From contig CDMY01000255.1 of the NCBI GenBank assembly GCA_001179505.1, forward strand, positions 62,001 through 126,000: a DNA stretch of 64,000 bases, given 5' to 3'. This document shows, in pieces, positions 1-11,616 of the stretch. The DNA comes from Vitrella brassicaformis CCMP3155. Taxonomy: Eukaryota > Protista > Chromerida. Within the stretch, counting starts at the first letter, position 1. Every line of letters begins with the position of its first letter. The notes beneath the pieces are model-generated. The model saw only the letters and a program-made list of their open reading frames with translations. It had not been told where the DNA came from and made no database searches. The translations under genes were made by a program, and so were the position numbers.

Positions 1-880
1 GCCGAGGGGCATACCTCTTATGTACTTGTACGCCTCACCACGGTTGCCGGTCAGGAAATCCTACATTCAACGCGCAACGTCACAGCTTTCGCTGTACACC
101 TGAAGCAACAGAGAGAAACAAATTGATGAAAGGCATTCACACATGCGTGGCGTTCCCCTTGACTAGAAGGTCATAAGCTGAGACACACAGCAGAATACAG
201 TATGTTCTCTTATTTCTCTCCACATCTGGGACTCAGACTGGGAGATTGTATTTGTAAACTGTTTGAGGGAGTCATTCTGCTTCTCAGAGGAGCGGACAAG
301 GAATGGCAGAGCAGAAGTCTGAATCTTGACAATCACATTCGTTTTGCTGAACCTGGTGGGAGTCGTCGAGATAGAGAGACGGCCTCTTCGAAAATACCTC
401 CACCTGCGGACAGAGGGAGGCACATCAAAATGGGTCACACATTCATCTGTGACATCCCAAAGAGACTTAACGCACGAGGCCGCGCACCTCACCAAATGAC
501 TACCAAATGTGCTACAACCTTCTTCGTCGCTGCTGAACAGCATGTCCTCATCCTCGTCTTTGCCGCTGGGCATAGGAAAGCCATCCTACAACACCGGCAC
601 ATGCAGCAGGCACACACATCGTCACACCGCACCACCGCACCACCACACACTTGTACTGACCTGCTGGAGCCTCAGGTTTTCTCGAAAAAAGAAGGAAGAT
701 GCCGTCGCGCTTCGCCGACACCAGGCAGTCGTCAGGCGCTCCGCTGAAGCCAGGGCGCGGCCTCCTTGTTGGGAAGGGAGGTGGACGAAAGAAGTGGCGC
801 CGACATTCGCGCAAGAGGGCAGGCGCGGGACGGGATGATGCGGGCCACATGGGATAAAGACCAGCAAAAAAGACGAGGAT
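1..880 (-). CDS. possible spliced hypothetical gene running off the left edge
   Basis: Short GT-AG-bounded segments join in frame to give ...RENLRLQQ|DGFPMPSGKDEDEDMLFSSDEEG|GGIFEEAVSLSRRLPPA|YDLLVKGNATH|DFLTGNRGEAYKYIR. Two TGCGAGCT motifs lie upstream (995, 1014). No recognisable family; the start is uncertain. Confidence 0.35.
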
Positions 881-1985
881 ACGGAGGAGAAGTGGCGGGC
901 GGAAGGCAGAAGAGCAGTGGAATGCCCGAAATGCCTGGAAATTGTGTTCAGAACGGTCTTTTCTCGTCCCGTCTCCTGCGACGAGATTTTCACGTGCGAG
1001 CTTTTTCGCTTTCTGCGAGCTTAGAAATTGCGTTCTCTTTCTCTCCCGTGTCCCCTGCGGGTATTGGCGGCGAAGAGGACGGTCAGGTGCCTGATCTTTA
1101 AATTCATTCATGAATCCGGATGGCTCGCCGGGATTGGCACTGACTTCTTCCTGATTGCTCGGCAGTGTCAAGCTCGTGTTGATGAACATGAACATTCTTT
1201 CACGTGCACTTAGTTTCATCAATCAATCAATGGGCATGCAGGCAGGCAACACAAAAATGAGTGGCTATTCATACAAACATCCGGACAAGCCATCCGGCTT
1301 CATACATGGACGAGCAAAGAGTGCACGCACTCCACTTCCACACATGGCCGGCCCCCCACCCAGACAGCGAAATGACGGCCGTCCCTACTACCCTGCCCAA
1401 TTGACCCTGCCCCTCCTTCCGTCAACCAACAAACAAACAACCATGCTCAAAACTATCCAGCCCATGCAGTCAATTCGTTCACGAATCATGAATTCACTCA
1501 TCCCCCACTCAATCCCCCTCTCCTTCATGGACACAGGAAAAAAGACGAGCAACAGAGAGGGGGAAAAAGGAGAGACGACACGCACACGCTGGTTGCGGCA
1601 CGCCCTTACAGCTGTTGTCTGCACAAGGGAACTAGAAAGCAGCATTCAATCACTGCCTGTACACGGACCGGCCGTTGAAAGCATCATCCCTCTGCATACA
1701 AGGACATACAGACAGCTACCCCCGCGTCACGCACCCACCCTGCTATCCACCCCCACATGCCCTCCTGGTGCTTCCGCCAAAGCGGAGCCAAAATGCACAC
1801 AAGCCCCACCCCAAACAAAAGAAGAAGAAGACTAGAAAAAACAACCAAACACAATCATCCACCCCCAATTGGCGTCGTGTGCGCCTGTGTCATGTCGAAG
1901 TCGCTGCAACACCGTCCTACGCCTAGTGCCTCTCTGATAGCGATGCTGAGGGGGTGTGTGGTGACGAAGTCCTTGTCGAGCATGA

Positions 1986-4900
1986 TCAGTCTTCGTCCAT
2001 CTTGGGGACCACGAGATGTCGCTCGGGGTGCTCCGACAGCTCCAGCAGCGACTTGCTCACCTAAAGCCCATATCAGAGACACCGGCACACCACACCGTGG
2101 ACCCCTAGTCACCCCACCACCCACAGACACACCACCACCACCACCACCATAACCATGAGCACTACTGCCATCCACGACACAATCGCTGCTACGACAGCCC
2201 AGTTCAGTGTGCTGCTGCTGCCGCTGCTTTGCGGCCAGCGCACATGACCTCATCTCGTGTGTCAGGTCTCGTGCTGGTGCTGGGTGGTGGTCGGCTGTGG
2301 GTGGTGCATAGATGGGTGTGTTGTCCTGTGTGCTCGTGGTGGCAATGCTGTGGCCGCTAGAGTTCTCCCTGGCCTTGAGCAGACACGCCCGTGTCTTGAC
2401 ACTCAAGGGCTTCCGAATCGGCAGGTGAGACACAGCACGGCGATACTAGCGAAATACAAGTATAATACGTATGCCCCGTGCATGGAAACGAATGTGTACG
2501 TGATAGATACATACATACAAAAAGGATAAGGTGCAGGTGTGCGTGTGAGTGTGGGTGTGGGGGTTGTTTACCTTGCGTAGGACGCCCATGTCTCGCTCCT
2601 GCTGGGCGATCGACGCGGCATGGGTGGCGGGGCTCTCATCCATCCCCATCACAGACACCACATCGTCACTCGTCAACGCTTGCAGGAACTGCACTCACAC
2701 ACACACACACACAGGACTGACGAGAAGGCGTGTGGTGTGTGTTGTGTGGTTGGCTGACCTCGTCATAGTCGATGCGTCCGTTTTTCTTGTAGTCGCACGC
2801 GTGGATGATGTCCTCTATCCTGGTGCCATCGAAGGTGTCCCCGAGAACCTCCCGCAGGTTCTCCGCACTGATGTAGCCCGTCTTGTCCACATCAAACCTA
2901 CCACACATACAGACACATGCGCATAAAGAGCGATGTGGAAGCGTGACATGTGTGGTGGGTGCATCCATCCAACATACCTTTGGAAAGCGTCTCGGATCAT
3001 GGACTCCTGCAGGACGAACTTGGCCTGCATCGTGGCAGCCAAGAACTCTGCAGAGAGCAGACAGAGAGGGAACAAACGTGGCAATGTGGGCTGCCCCCTC
3101 TGTGTGTGTGTGGCTGCGTGTGGGTGTACCCGAGTAGTGGACCTCGTGGTCGCCAGTCACATCCATTTTCTGAGCGGGATGAAGGAAAGGACAGCATGTT
3201 CCTTGGCCTCTTGCTCTGCGCGTGTGTGTATGTGTGTGTGTGTCTGTGTGTACCTGGAAGACCTTCCTGGCCTCTGCCTCGGGTATCTTGAGCACCTCAG
3301 TCATCGCATCCTTCAACTCGTGCAGCTGCAGACAGATAGACCACACACACGCACACACATCCATCCATCCATGTGCACTTCCACCCACCCACACACGTAC
3401 CAGTATGGTTCCGTTCTTCTCCCTGTCCAGTTTGAGGAATATCTTCTCGAGCTCCTCCACCTCATCGCTGTTCATCGACAAGGCTATCACCCCCAACGCC
3501 GCACGCTTCATGCCGTTGAACGCCGCGAACCTGTCAATGGGTGGACATGGAGGAGGACGAAGCATGTCGTGCACAGGTGCGTGTGCGTGTCGTCTTGTCG
3601 TGCTCACTTCTGCATGTTTTTGAGGACGTTGAGGTCGATCTCGTGGTCGTCATTGGTCTTGAGGCACTCAAACCTGACGTCACACAGGCAGGGATGTCTG
3701 GGTGTGTCCAGCGGTCGGCTGTCTGTCTGTCCGTCGGTTCCTCACCATTTGTGTTTGAGCGCCTTTTCAGCTGACGGCCTCTCATCGGGATTCTTCCTGA
3801 GGGACGAAACAGCCACACAGATGGGGAATCCCAGCATGCAGATGCGTCCGTTGATGCGATATTACTTGAGCAGCGCACTGATGAAGTTCTTGGCGTCCTG
3901 AGAGATGCCCTCCCACCTCGGACCTTCAAACGAAAACACAGCTGCATCCAACACAACACACAACACAGAACAAAGAACAAAGAACCAAGGCAGACAAACG
4001 ATCAGACACCCGCTGCTGGATGGCCCGTGTCTGTCTGTCTGGCCATGAGCCACACCCTGACGTACCCCGCTTGATCTTGGCGAGTATCTCGTGGTCCTGT
4101 GTGCCGTTGAATGGCGGCGAGCCGCTCAGCAACATGAACACTATCACACCTGACACACAAACCACACACACACACGGCACGCAGAGACAGACGAATGGGG
4201 GCGTGCGGTTGGCTGCGTAAGCTATCAGCGTACTGACCGATGCTCCATATGTCGCATTCCTCGTTGTAGGCCCCGTCCATGACCTCGGGGCTGACGTAGT
4301 AGACGGTGCCGTGCATGGCCGTCATCGGCACACCAGGGTTGAAGATCCGCGAGAAACCAAAATCAATCTGGTCGCCGTCATCAATCGGAATACACCGACA
4401 CAGCAAAGATGTATGTGTCAGCGGCCACCCGTCCATCTACCACGTGTGCGTACCAGTTTGAGTGGCGCATCTTCTGCCGGGGTAGCATACACCCAATTCT
4501 CAAGCCTGACACATTCCATAGCACACCACACCAACCGTCATTCGGTCGTGTGTGGATGGTTGTGTGTTTGGCTTACTTGAGGTCCCTGTGGCAGATTTTG
4601 TGTTTGTGGCAGTAGTTGATGGCACTCAGCATCTGGTGCGCCACGTACGCCGCGTCCTTCTCGACGTAGCGCTTCTTGCACGCCAGCCTGTCGTACAACT
4701 CCTTCCCTGAACGAACGACCAAACACACACAATAGACACACAACACACAATGAGTGACTGACGAACTCAGCCACTGTCTGCCTGCCTGCCTGCCTGTCTC
4801 TGTCATCATGCCCACCCAGCCACCTACCAGTGCACAGTTCCATGACCAGGTGGACGGCCCTGTCATCCTCGTAGACCTCGAAGAGCTTTGCGATGTTGGG

Positions 4901-5344
4901 GTGGTCGAGCGAAAGGTAGACGCTCACCTCGTTGTACAGCATGCTGGCCTTCTTGGGGCTGATGTTCTGCGTGCTGAGCGTCTTGATGGCGTACGACTTG
5001 CCGCTCTCCCGGTGCCGACCCACACGCACCGCACCGCTGATGCCCGTCCCAAGTATCTGCTCGTCCAGCTCGTAGTACTCGAACAGGTCAGCGCCCTTCT
5101 TGACACGGGTGTGCGACAGCGTTTGCTTGGATATCTGGTCGATGAAGCGGCCGCTGGGGATCTTGGGGGGGTTGTTGGGCGCGCCCAGGCTGCTCCCAGC
5201 GCCAGAGTCGTTCTGGCGGCCCGCCGTGGTCGACTCGTCCTCCTGCGAGGCCCCGCCACGTGACCGGTGCGTCCCGTTGGAGGTCTGCGGACCCTTCCGT
5301 GGATCCTCCACGTTCTTGTCCAGCTTGCTCGGCTTACAGCCCAT
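1986..5344 (-). CDS. CDPK: calcium-dependent protein kinase (Ser/Thr kinase plus 4 EF-hands), N-terminal MGC acylation motif
   Basis: Spliced exons give MGCKPSK..., LGTGISGAV, YAIK, HRDLK, IDFGFSR, HGTVYYVSPE, CDIWSIG and a junction FAAFNGMKRAALGVIA. EF loops are DREKNGTILLHE, DVTGDHEVHYSE, DVDKTGYISAEN and DYKKNGRIDYDE. The last exon is VSKSLLELSEHPERHLVVPKMDED*. Confidence 0.95.
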
Positions 5345-5558
5345 CTTCAAAATCAATCGAGCGCCGGAAAGACAAGCTGGCGCCAGGGGGTGTCAGAGAG
5401 AGGGCTAATTCAGTCGCAGGGCATCATCAATATGCTCCGCATCGCACCAAAGCGGAAAAAGGAATTCCCAATGACCTGAGCTCGCACAAGAGCTCGCAAA
5501 TGCCACGAGGGGTGAGAGTTACACCTCCTTTCTTATCGCAGCGGCCTTGATCACAATG

Positions 5559-5650
5559 ACGCCTTGAAACAATCAGCAGCTGCCCAGCACCTTCCTTCGG
5601 CTCATTGTCCGAAGGAAGGCGCTGGGCAGCTGCTGATTGTTTCAAGGCGT
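5559..5650. repeat. 42-bp inverted repeat (hairpin) with 8-nt loop
   Basis: 5559-5600 is the reverse complement of 5609-5650 with a single mismatch; the loop is CTCATTGT. Confidence 0.95.
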
Positions 5651-5974
5651 AAAGTGTGGTTCGGCAGAAGGAGAGAGCCCATTGCTCGCTCCAGTATAGT
5701 AGCAGCACAGCTTGCATCGGCGTGCGCATCCATCCGTATCATAGCTCTTGAGAGGGCGCCGTCCGAATTGATCTCTTTGCAGAAGCGGGTAATTCATTCA
5801 CTGACAGGCACACACGAGTGACCGCCTCATGCACACCACACATCGTTCCTCACTGCTCGCCGCTCACCGATAGCCTTGCTGCGGTCGAAGACGGCAGTGT
5901 ATCTGTTTCAGCATCTATTGTGTTGTATTGTGTTGTGAAATCCCTCCCACCACCACCCCCCACTTCCGTAGATC

Positions 5975-6500
5975 TCTGGTAGGGTTGACTGACTCGGCTC
6001 AGGGTGACGGCGTCTGAGGAGCCATTCGTCAGTGCCCAATTCTGCGGTACAGCAGCGAAGCACAACACCTTAAACCAAGTCTGAGCGTTGTGCGTGGTTC
6101 TGCTGTGTGCAGGATTTGACAATTGGGATTTGATCATCGACCACAGCAGCCACAGCAGCAGCCGCAGCAGCAGACGTATGTCAAAGAGAATGTGGAGGCC
6201 CGCTTCCCGCCCAACACCAGCAATGTCACTAAGCGGCTCGTCCAGGGCATCGTCCGACCCCTGCATCGAGCAGCACTCGCGGCGTCGTATCACGTGATTG
6301 ATTGACTGTGCCAGCACCTCAGCCCCACCCAGATCAACACGACAGCTCAGCCCTTTTTCCACCGGACGGCTTTGGGCATCGCTGCCATGACGGTCGCCGA
6401 CTGGCAGCGTCAGGACCCGTCCGAGCAGCGTAATGAGACGATCAGCGGGATGCAGCGGGCCATCCGCACACTCCTGGCATCGGGCGCAGCCATCGACATG
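5975..6500 (+). pseudogene. internally deleted pseudogene copy of the ankyrin-repeat gene at 9378-11150
   Basis: 5975-6250 resembles about 9240-9500, and 6255-6500 resembles about 10200-10445, so roughly 700 bp are missing. GAG TGG (EW) of the intact gene reads GAT TGA here. Similarity ends after AIDM. Confidence 0.85.
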
Positions 6501-6861
6501 TGCCCGCAGCCATCGAGCCCCTATGGCGCCGTGTGCTGCGACCATCCGGTCTCGAGCGTGATGTCATCGACATTGGGACAGTGCTGGTGTGAGGGGTGGC
6601 GGTTGGGTGGTGTTGGTGGATTGGATGGGCTGAGAGGGTCTCTATGAGCAGGCGACATAACTGAGTGAAATGTGTGCCTGCCATGGGCGCATGGATATCG
6701 TAATCGTTCTTGAAAGACTCACATGAATGAGCGACTGATCAGCACGGTTCATCGGCGAAATGGAAATCCCTTGAGTGCTTTGCTTTGGTGCTTGGGCGGC
6801 CCGACACACACTGATGAGCACGATGCACGTGAGTTGATACTTTCACAGGAAGTCACCACAG

Positions 6862-6895
<34 letters not shown>

Positions 6896-7336
6896 TCCCC
6901 TTCATTCGTGTGGCTGTGAGGAAAGGGTTGTTCTGTTGATGAAGGGCTGCACTGAGACAGAAGTTTGATTGATGGAGGGGGTCTTTCCGTCTTCACACGT
7001 GCGTGTGTATGCGTGTCGACGTCCGATGCTGTTCGGTTCGGATGTGTGGGGGAGTGCTCATCTGTGTGCGCATCTGACTAATACATCGATTCATCAGCAT
7101 AACCATAAGGCGTTTCGCACATTCCATTCACACCCACACAAATCACATGAACGGCAGTCAGTCAAGGAGCGGCACACAACGACCAGTGTTTGTTTCCTAC
7201 TCATGCATACAGCCGGGGAAGGGACACGTCGGAACGGCTGTATGGCAGTCTCTCACCCTTCTGCATTGAACGATAATGAACCATCTTTACACAGGTGGCG
7301 AAGGCCATCATGCACCCCATAATATATGTGGCCGTC

Positions 7337-8623
7337 CTACAACACCATGCCCCCCAGCTGATCCCCCAGCACTCTCATCACGACAGTGAGCGTCTGGTCA
7401 TGGGGGGCCGACTCTGTTGTTTCGATCTCAACATAGCGGTCCTGCCCCCAATCGGGCCAATGCTCCGTCAGCCGAATGAGTGTCATCTGCCCCTCGCCCA
7501 TCGTCTCACTCCCAAACACCACCAGCCGGCAATGCCATCCGTCCTCCCGCTTTTTGTCAAATACGGCCGCCCTCCAGTGCGCCACATCGCTGTGAGAGGC
7601 CGCCAGTAGCTCACCCAAACGAAGGTACTCAGCAGAATCACGACGGTGAGTCGCCCAGGATCCGACCCGCCTGATCTGGCGGCCACAACGAAGCCAGCCG
7701 AACAGAATGAAGGCCACCATGGACGTGTAAGTGGGGTACAGGTAGCCAGCCAGCTGTGTGGGTGGGTCGGCGGGGTCGAATGCGGCATGAGGGAAATTGG
7801 GGCTGGCAGAGCTGAGGAGGGTGGGGAGCTGATAGCCATACGAGCTTTCGAGAATCGAGTGGCCGTCCATCAAGCGTGTCTGATGACGGATGAAGTCCAC
7901 AAAGCGTGTCTGATGACCTCCCTGATTGATATTGATCCTCCAGCTGAGTATCCTCCACTGGCGGACCGCCTCCGTCTCACTCATGAAGGCCGCCCGCCTG
8001 CCGAAGACGCCGAAGTTGTCATCCCCCAGCACCAGTGGCCTCTTGAATCTCAGCAGATACAGTTTCTCCAGCACTGGTTTCCATCTGGCCCACTTGCCGC
8101 CCCTCTCCATCATCCACAGCCGCCGGCTGAGCTGTTTGATGAGGGCCCTGGTGGCCAACGTGACGGCCACCCCCTGAGTCAGCTGTGGGATGGGCACCTC
8201 CACCAACACACCGAGGCCGAGTGACGCCACAACGATAGGCAGCAGACGCATCAGAATGGGCAGTAGGACGTCAGGCGTAAGGGACACAGCCCGCACAGGT
8301 GAGATGGGCGGCTGGCGGTCGGTGTCGATGAGGCGGAAGTAGGCCAGCTGTGAGTAGCTCGTCACGTGTTGGGCGATCCTCGGCATCAGCGTCGCGACGC
8401 CCAACACGCCTCTGAGAGTGGTGTCCTGGTGGTGGTGGGGCTGCTGCTGCTGCGACGATGCACTGCTGGCACCTGCAACACAATCACACACAGCTGTGTG
8501 CCGGCATGACTGTGTCATTCTGCACTGAAGGGGTTGCTTACCATTGGCAGCGGCCGACGCAGCAGATGAAGATGGCCCGTCAGCTTTAGAGTCACCGGCT
8601 CCTTCACGAGCGGCAGCCGACAT
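7337..8623 (-). CDS. hypothetical protein of a lineage-expanded family (2 exons)
   Basis: A long GC3-rich ORF starting MSAAAREGAG with one GT-AG intron (about 8476-8541). It contains RRLWMMERGGKWARWKPVLEKLY. No catalytic motif was recognised. Confidence 0.75.
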   Translation of the reverse strand: MSAAAREGAGDSKADGPSSSAASAAANGKQPLQCRMTQSCRHTAVCDCVAGASSASSQQQQPHHHQDTTLRGVLGVATLMPRIAQHVTSYSQLAYFRLIDTDRQPPISPVRAVSLTPDVLLPILMRLLPIVVASLGLGVLVEVPIPQLTQGVAVTLATRALIKQLSRRLWMMERGGKWARWKPVLEKLYLLRFKRPLVLGDDNFGVFGRRAAFMSETEAVRQWRILSWRININQGGHQTRFVDFIRHQTRLMDGHSILESSYGYQLPTLLSSASPNFPHAAFDPADPPTQLAGYLYPTYTSMVAFILFGWLRCGRQIRRVGSWATHRRDSAEYLRLGELLAASHSDVAHWRAAVFDKKREDGWHCRLVVFGSETMGEGQMTLIRLTEHWPDWGQDRYVEIETTESAPHDQTLTVVMRVLGDQLGGMVL

Positions 8624-8929
8624 CTGCACACCTGCAGACAGACACAGCACAAACATCAGGTGATCAGGTGAGTGAATGCGAATGGGCGTAGCGGCCCTCT
8701 TGCCATTTCCACACAGACATCACACACACTGTCATTGCTGATGCCATCAGGCCCTCCTGCCCGCCCTATCTTACCTCAATGCATCAGATCAGCGGGAGTC
8801 AGACAGAATGGGCGGCGGCATCTGTGTGGATCGATGACATCACGACAGCTCTCCTGGCATCTCCCACACACTCTACACTGCCCTGCTGTCGCCAAGATGC
8901 CCCGAAAAGCGTCGTCCTGCAGGCTCGCA

Positions 8930-9070
8930 GATGGATCTGCTGTGTGCGATTTGATCATCATGTCGGCTTCTGCATCAGCCGGACAGCGACCAACCACAGC
9001 AGCCACAGCAGCAGCCGCAGCAGCAGACGTATATGATAGAGAATGCGGAGGCCCGCTTCCCGCCAGGCAG
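8930..9070 (+). repeat. third partial copy of the ankyrin gene leader and first codons
   Basis: GATTTGATCATC...CACAGCAGCCACAGCAGCAGCCGCAGCAGCAGACGTAT...GAGAATG(C/T)GGAGGCCCGCTTCCCGCC is shared with 6105-6215 and 9350-9465. Confidence 0.8.
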
Positions 9071-9377
9071 CATTGCTGTCGTTTCGTGACGGTCCGAGGA
9101 GTCAGCGGCCAGCTGCTGACGGAATAACGAGCTCTCACAAAAGATCAGGTGCGCAGGAAGACAGAAAAACCGACCGACAGAGCCAACCGTGCTGCTTGTG
9201 TTCGTGCAGACCGCTTAGCGTACTCTTAGCGTAGGTTCATCCACGTGACTGGCTCATCGGGGGTCACGGCGTCTGGAGCCATTCGTCAGTGCCAATTCTG
9301 AGGTGCGGCAGCGCAGGACAACACCTCAAGTGTGATAGCGACTGACTCTGCTTTGCTGTATGCAGGACTCGAGCATC

Positions 9378-11150
9378 ATGTCGGCCTCTTCATCTGCCGA
9401 GAATCAGCCACCACAGCAACAGGAGATGAGGATAGAGAATATGGAGGCCCGCTTCCCGCCCAACACCAACGCGGCCACCAAGCGACTCGTCCAGGGTATC
9501 ATGCGACGCACAATCACCCCTGACGGCATCCGACGGCTCGTCCGCAAGGGGGCCGACCCACGAGTGTGCATTGACCTCATCACCTCCTGCAAGCCTGGTC
9601 AGGTGCGCGTCGAGTGTTGGCACCGAGTGTGTCTGCTGACCCTGGCCATCGACGACTGGAGCACTCCCCCGGCCCTCGAGTGCGGCATGCAAATTGGCGC
9701 CATGGATATGAACTTCACCAATGCACGGCTGGTGCTGCCGCTGTGGCCATCGCGTGAGACGCAAGCGGCCATCCTGTCGGCTCTCATCCAGGAGGGCGTC
9801 TCGCTGAGTGGGCCACCCACACCACCAGCACCTGCTGCACGGACCTTAACGAAGTCGCTCGAGCCCATCGAGGTGGCGGTGCGTGCGGCCAACCTGACGG
9901 CCGTCAAGACCCTCGTGGCCAACGGGGCGGCTCTGCAAGGGCGGCGGGTGGCCTTCCTGCGACAGGAGCGCGGGGTGCGCTCGAGCGGGCAGTACGAGGC
10001 GGCCCTGATGGCCATGTTGGAGTACCTCGTCAAGCTCGACCCCTCCCTCGCTACCGAGGCGGATGACGATGGCTATAATGTCATCCTGACAGCAGCCGCT
10101 TCTGGCCTTACCTACTCGGACAAGTTCGTCATAGCCTACCTGCAGCTGATGAAGGACAACGGCGCCAGCCTCACGGTCCCACAGCCGCCGCCGATGTTTC
10201 AGCCCCTTCATTTGGCAGCACACAACTCGGCGCACCACGTAATCGAGTGGCTGTGTCAGCACCTCAGCCCCGCACACATCAACACAGCCAGAGGGGGAGG
10301 AGCCCACCGGACGGCTTTGGGCATCGCTGCCATGAGGGTCGCCGACTGGCAGCGTCAGGAACCGTCCGAGCAGCGTAATGAGACGATCAGCGGGATGCAG
10401 CGGGCCATCCGCACACTTCTGGCATCGGGCGCAGCCATCGACATGGTGCGGACCCCACAGCAGCTGCCGGCACACGCCACCCAGTCCGAACGAGATGCGC
10501 ACGGTGTGGTGTTGGCCGAGTACCTCACCGTCCTCAACGACGAGCTGCCCCAGGCCGTCATGGACGGCGTCAACGGCGCCCTCAACCCCCAGCGTGACGC
10601 CGCCGACATGCTGACCCGCCTGCTGCCCCTCGCCCGCCCCGCCCCACCCACCAACCCCACTGACACATCCACTGCTGCTGCAGCACATGCCCCTGCTGCC
10701 CCCTCCCCATTTGCCCTCACGGATGCGACGGCCCAGGTGGCCTGGAAGATCGGTGCCTTCCTGCACGAGCCAGAGGCCATCGACACCATCATTCTCGGGC
10801 AGGCCGTGGTGGCCCACCGCATCAAGACGGCCATGCAGCACTTCGTCGAGTATGCGGCGACCAAGACGGCTTTCAATGAGGAGGTCATCGGCGGCATGGC
10901 CAGTGTGGGCGGCCAGGTGGTGCGGGTGCCCCTCCAGTGCTTCGCCGTCAGAGAGGGGTCGAGTGTGCGGCGGGTGGGTCTGCGCGAGGTGGTCCACAGG
11001 GCTCGGCTGGACGAGGCGGCCCGCTATGGGCTGACTGGTGTGGTCAAGGGCTTCAACACCCACCTGGGCAACGACGATTGTCAGTTCGGTTGGGGTCAGC
11101 TGGGATGGGTCAACGACATCGGCCTCTTCCAGCCGCTCGGCATCAAGTAG
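9378..11150 (+). CDS. ankyrin-repeat-containing protein (lineage-expanded family)
   Basis: About 590-aa single-exon ORF with ankyrin-like motifs EPIEVAVRAANLTAVKTLV, DDDGYNVILTAA, QPLHLAAHNSAHHVIEWL and RTALGIAA. Confidence 0.85.
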   Translation: MSASSSAENQPPQQQEMRIENMEARFPPNTNAATKRLVQGIMRRTITPDGIRRLVRKGADPRVCIDLITSCKPGQVRVECWHRVCLLTLAIDDWSTPPALECGMQIGAMDMNFTNARLVLPLWPSRETQAAILSALIQEGVSLSGPPTPPAPAARTLTKSLEPIEVAVRAANLTAVKTLVANGAALQGRRVAFLRQERGVRSSGQYEAALMAMLEYLVKLDPSLATEADDDGYNVILTAAASGLTYSDKFVIAYLQLMKDNGASLTVPQPPPMFQPLHLAAHNSAHHVIEWLCQHLSPAHINTARGGGAHRTALGIAAMRVADWQRQEPSEQRNETISGMQRAIRTLLASGAAIDMVRTPQQLPAHATQSERDAHGVVLAEYLTVLNDELPQAVMDGVNGALNPQRDAADMLTRLLPLARPAPPTNPTDTSTAAAAHAPAAPSPFALTDATAQVAWKIGAFLHEPEAIDTIILGQAVVAHRIKTAMQHFVEYAATKTAFNEEVIGGMASVGGQVVRVPLQCFAVREGSSVRRVGLREVVHRARLDEAARYGLTGVVKGFNTHLGNDDCQFGWGQLGWVNDIGLFQPLGIK

Positions 11151-11316
11151 CCGGCCGAGGACATCATCATGACGACCTAGCAGAGAGGGGAGGGGGAGAG
11201 ATGGGATGCATAGGCAGGTAGAATCGATTTTGGTGTTTACAGTGGGGTGCCTGGGAAGAGTGTGCATGTTCTGACACCATGTCAGACAGGCCGTGAGCCA
11301 GTCAGGCAGGCTGCCC

Positions 11317-11616
11317 NNNNNNNNNNNNNNNNNNNNNNNNNNNNNNNNNNNNNNNNNNNNNNNNNNNNNNNNNNNNNNNNNNNNNNNNNNNNNNNNNNNN
11401 NNNNNNNNNNNNNNNNNNNNNNNNNNNNNNNNNNNNNNNNNNNNNNNNNNNNNNNNNNNNNNNNNNNNNNNNNNNNNNNNNNNNNNNNNNNNNNNNNNNN
11501 NNNNNNNNNNNNNNNNNNNNNNNNNNNNNNNNNNNNNNNNNNNNNNNNNNNNNNNNNNNNNNNNNNNNNNNNNNNNNNNNNNNNNNNNNNNNNNNNNNNN
11601 NNNNNNNNNNNNNNNN
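11317..11616. other. assembly gap (300 N) followed by a poly-C run
   Basis: Run of N characters. ORF-track entries spanning it are artefacts. Confidence 1.

Noticed and set aside
163-573. QSESQMWREIR as a YqaJ-like viral recombinase motif
   Set aside because: The following conserved motifs are absent, and the stretch lies in a probable intron.
1155-1835. 226-aa plus-strand ORF
   Set aside because: It has low-complexity CA-rich composition, no codon bias and overlaps the probable CDPK 3' UTR.
6301-6310. In-frame TGA in the ankyrin-like fragment as a second selenocysteine
   Set aside because: It replaces Trp (TGG) of the intact paralogue, the fragment also has large deletions, and I saw no SECIS downstream. 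It is a nonsense mutation.
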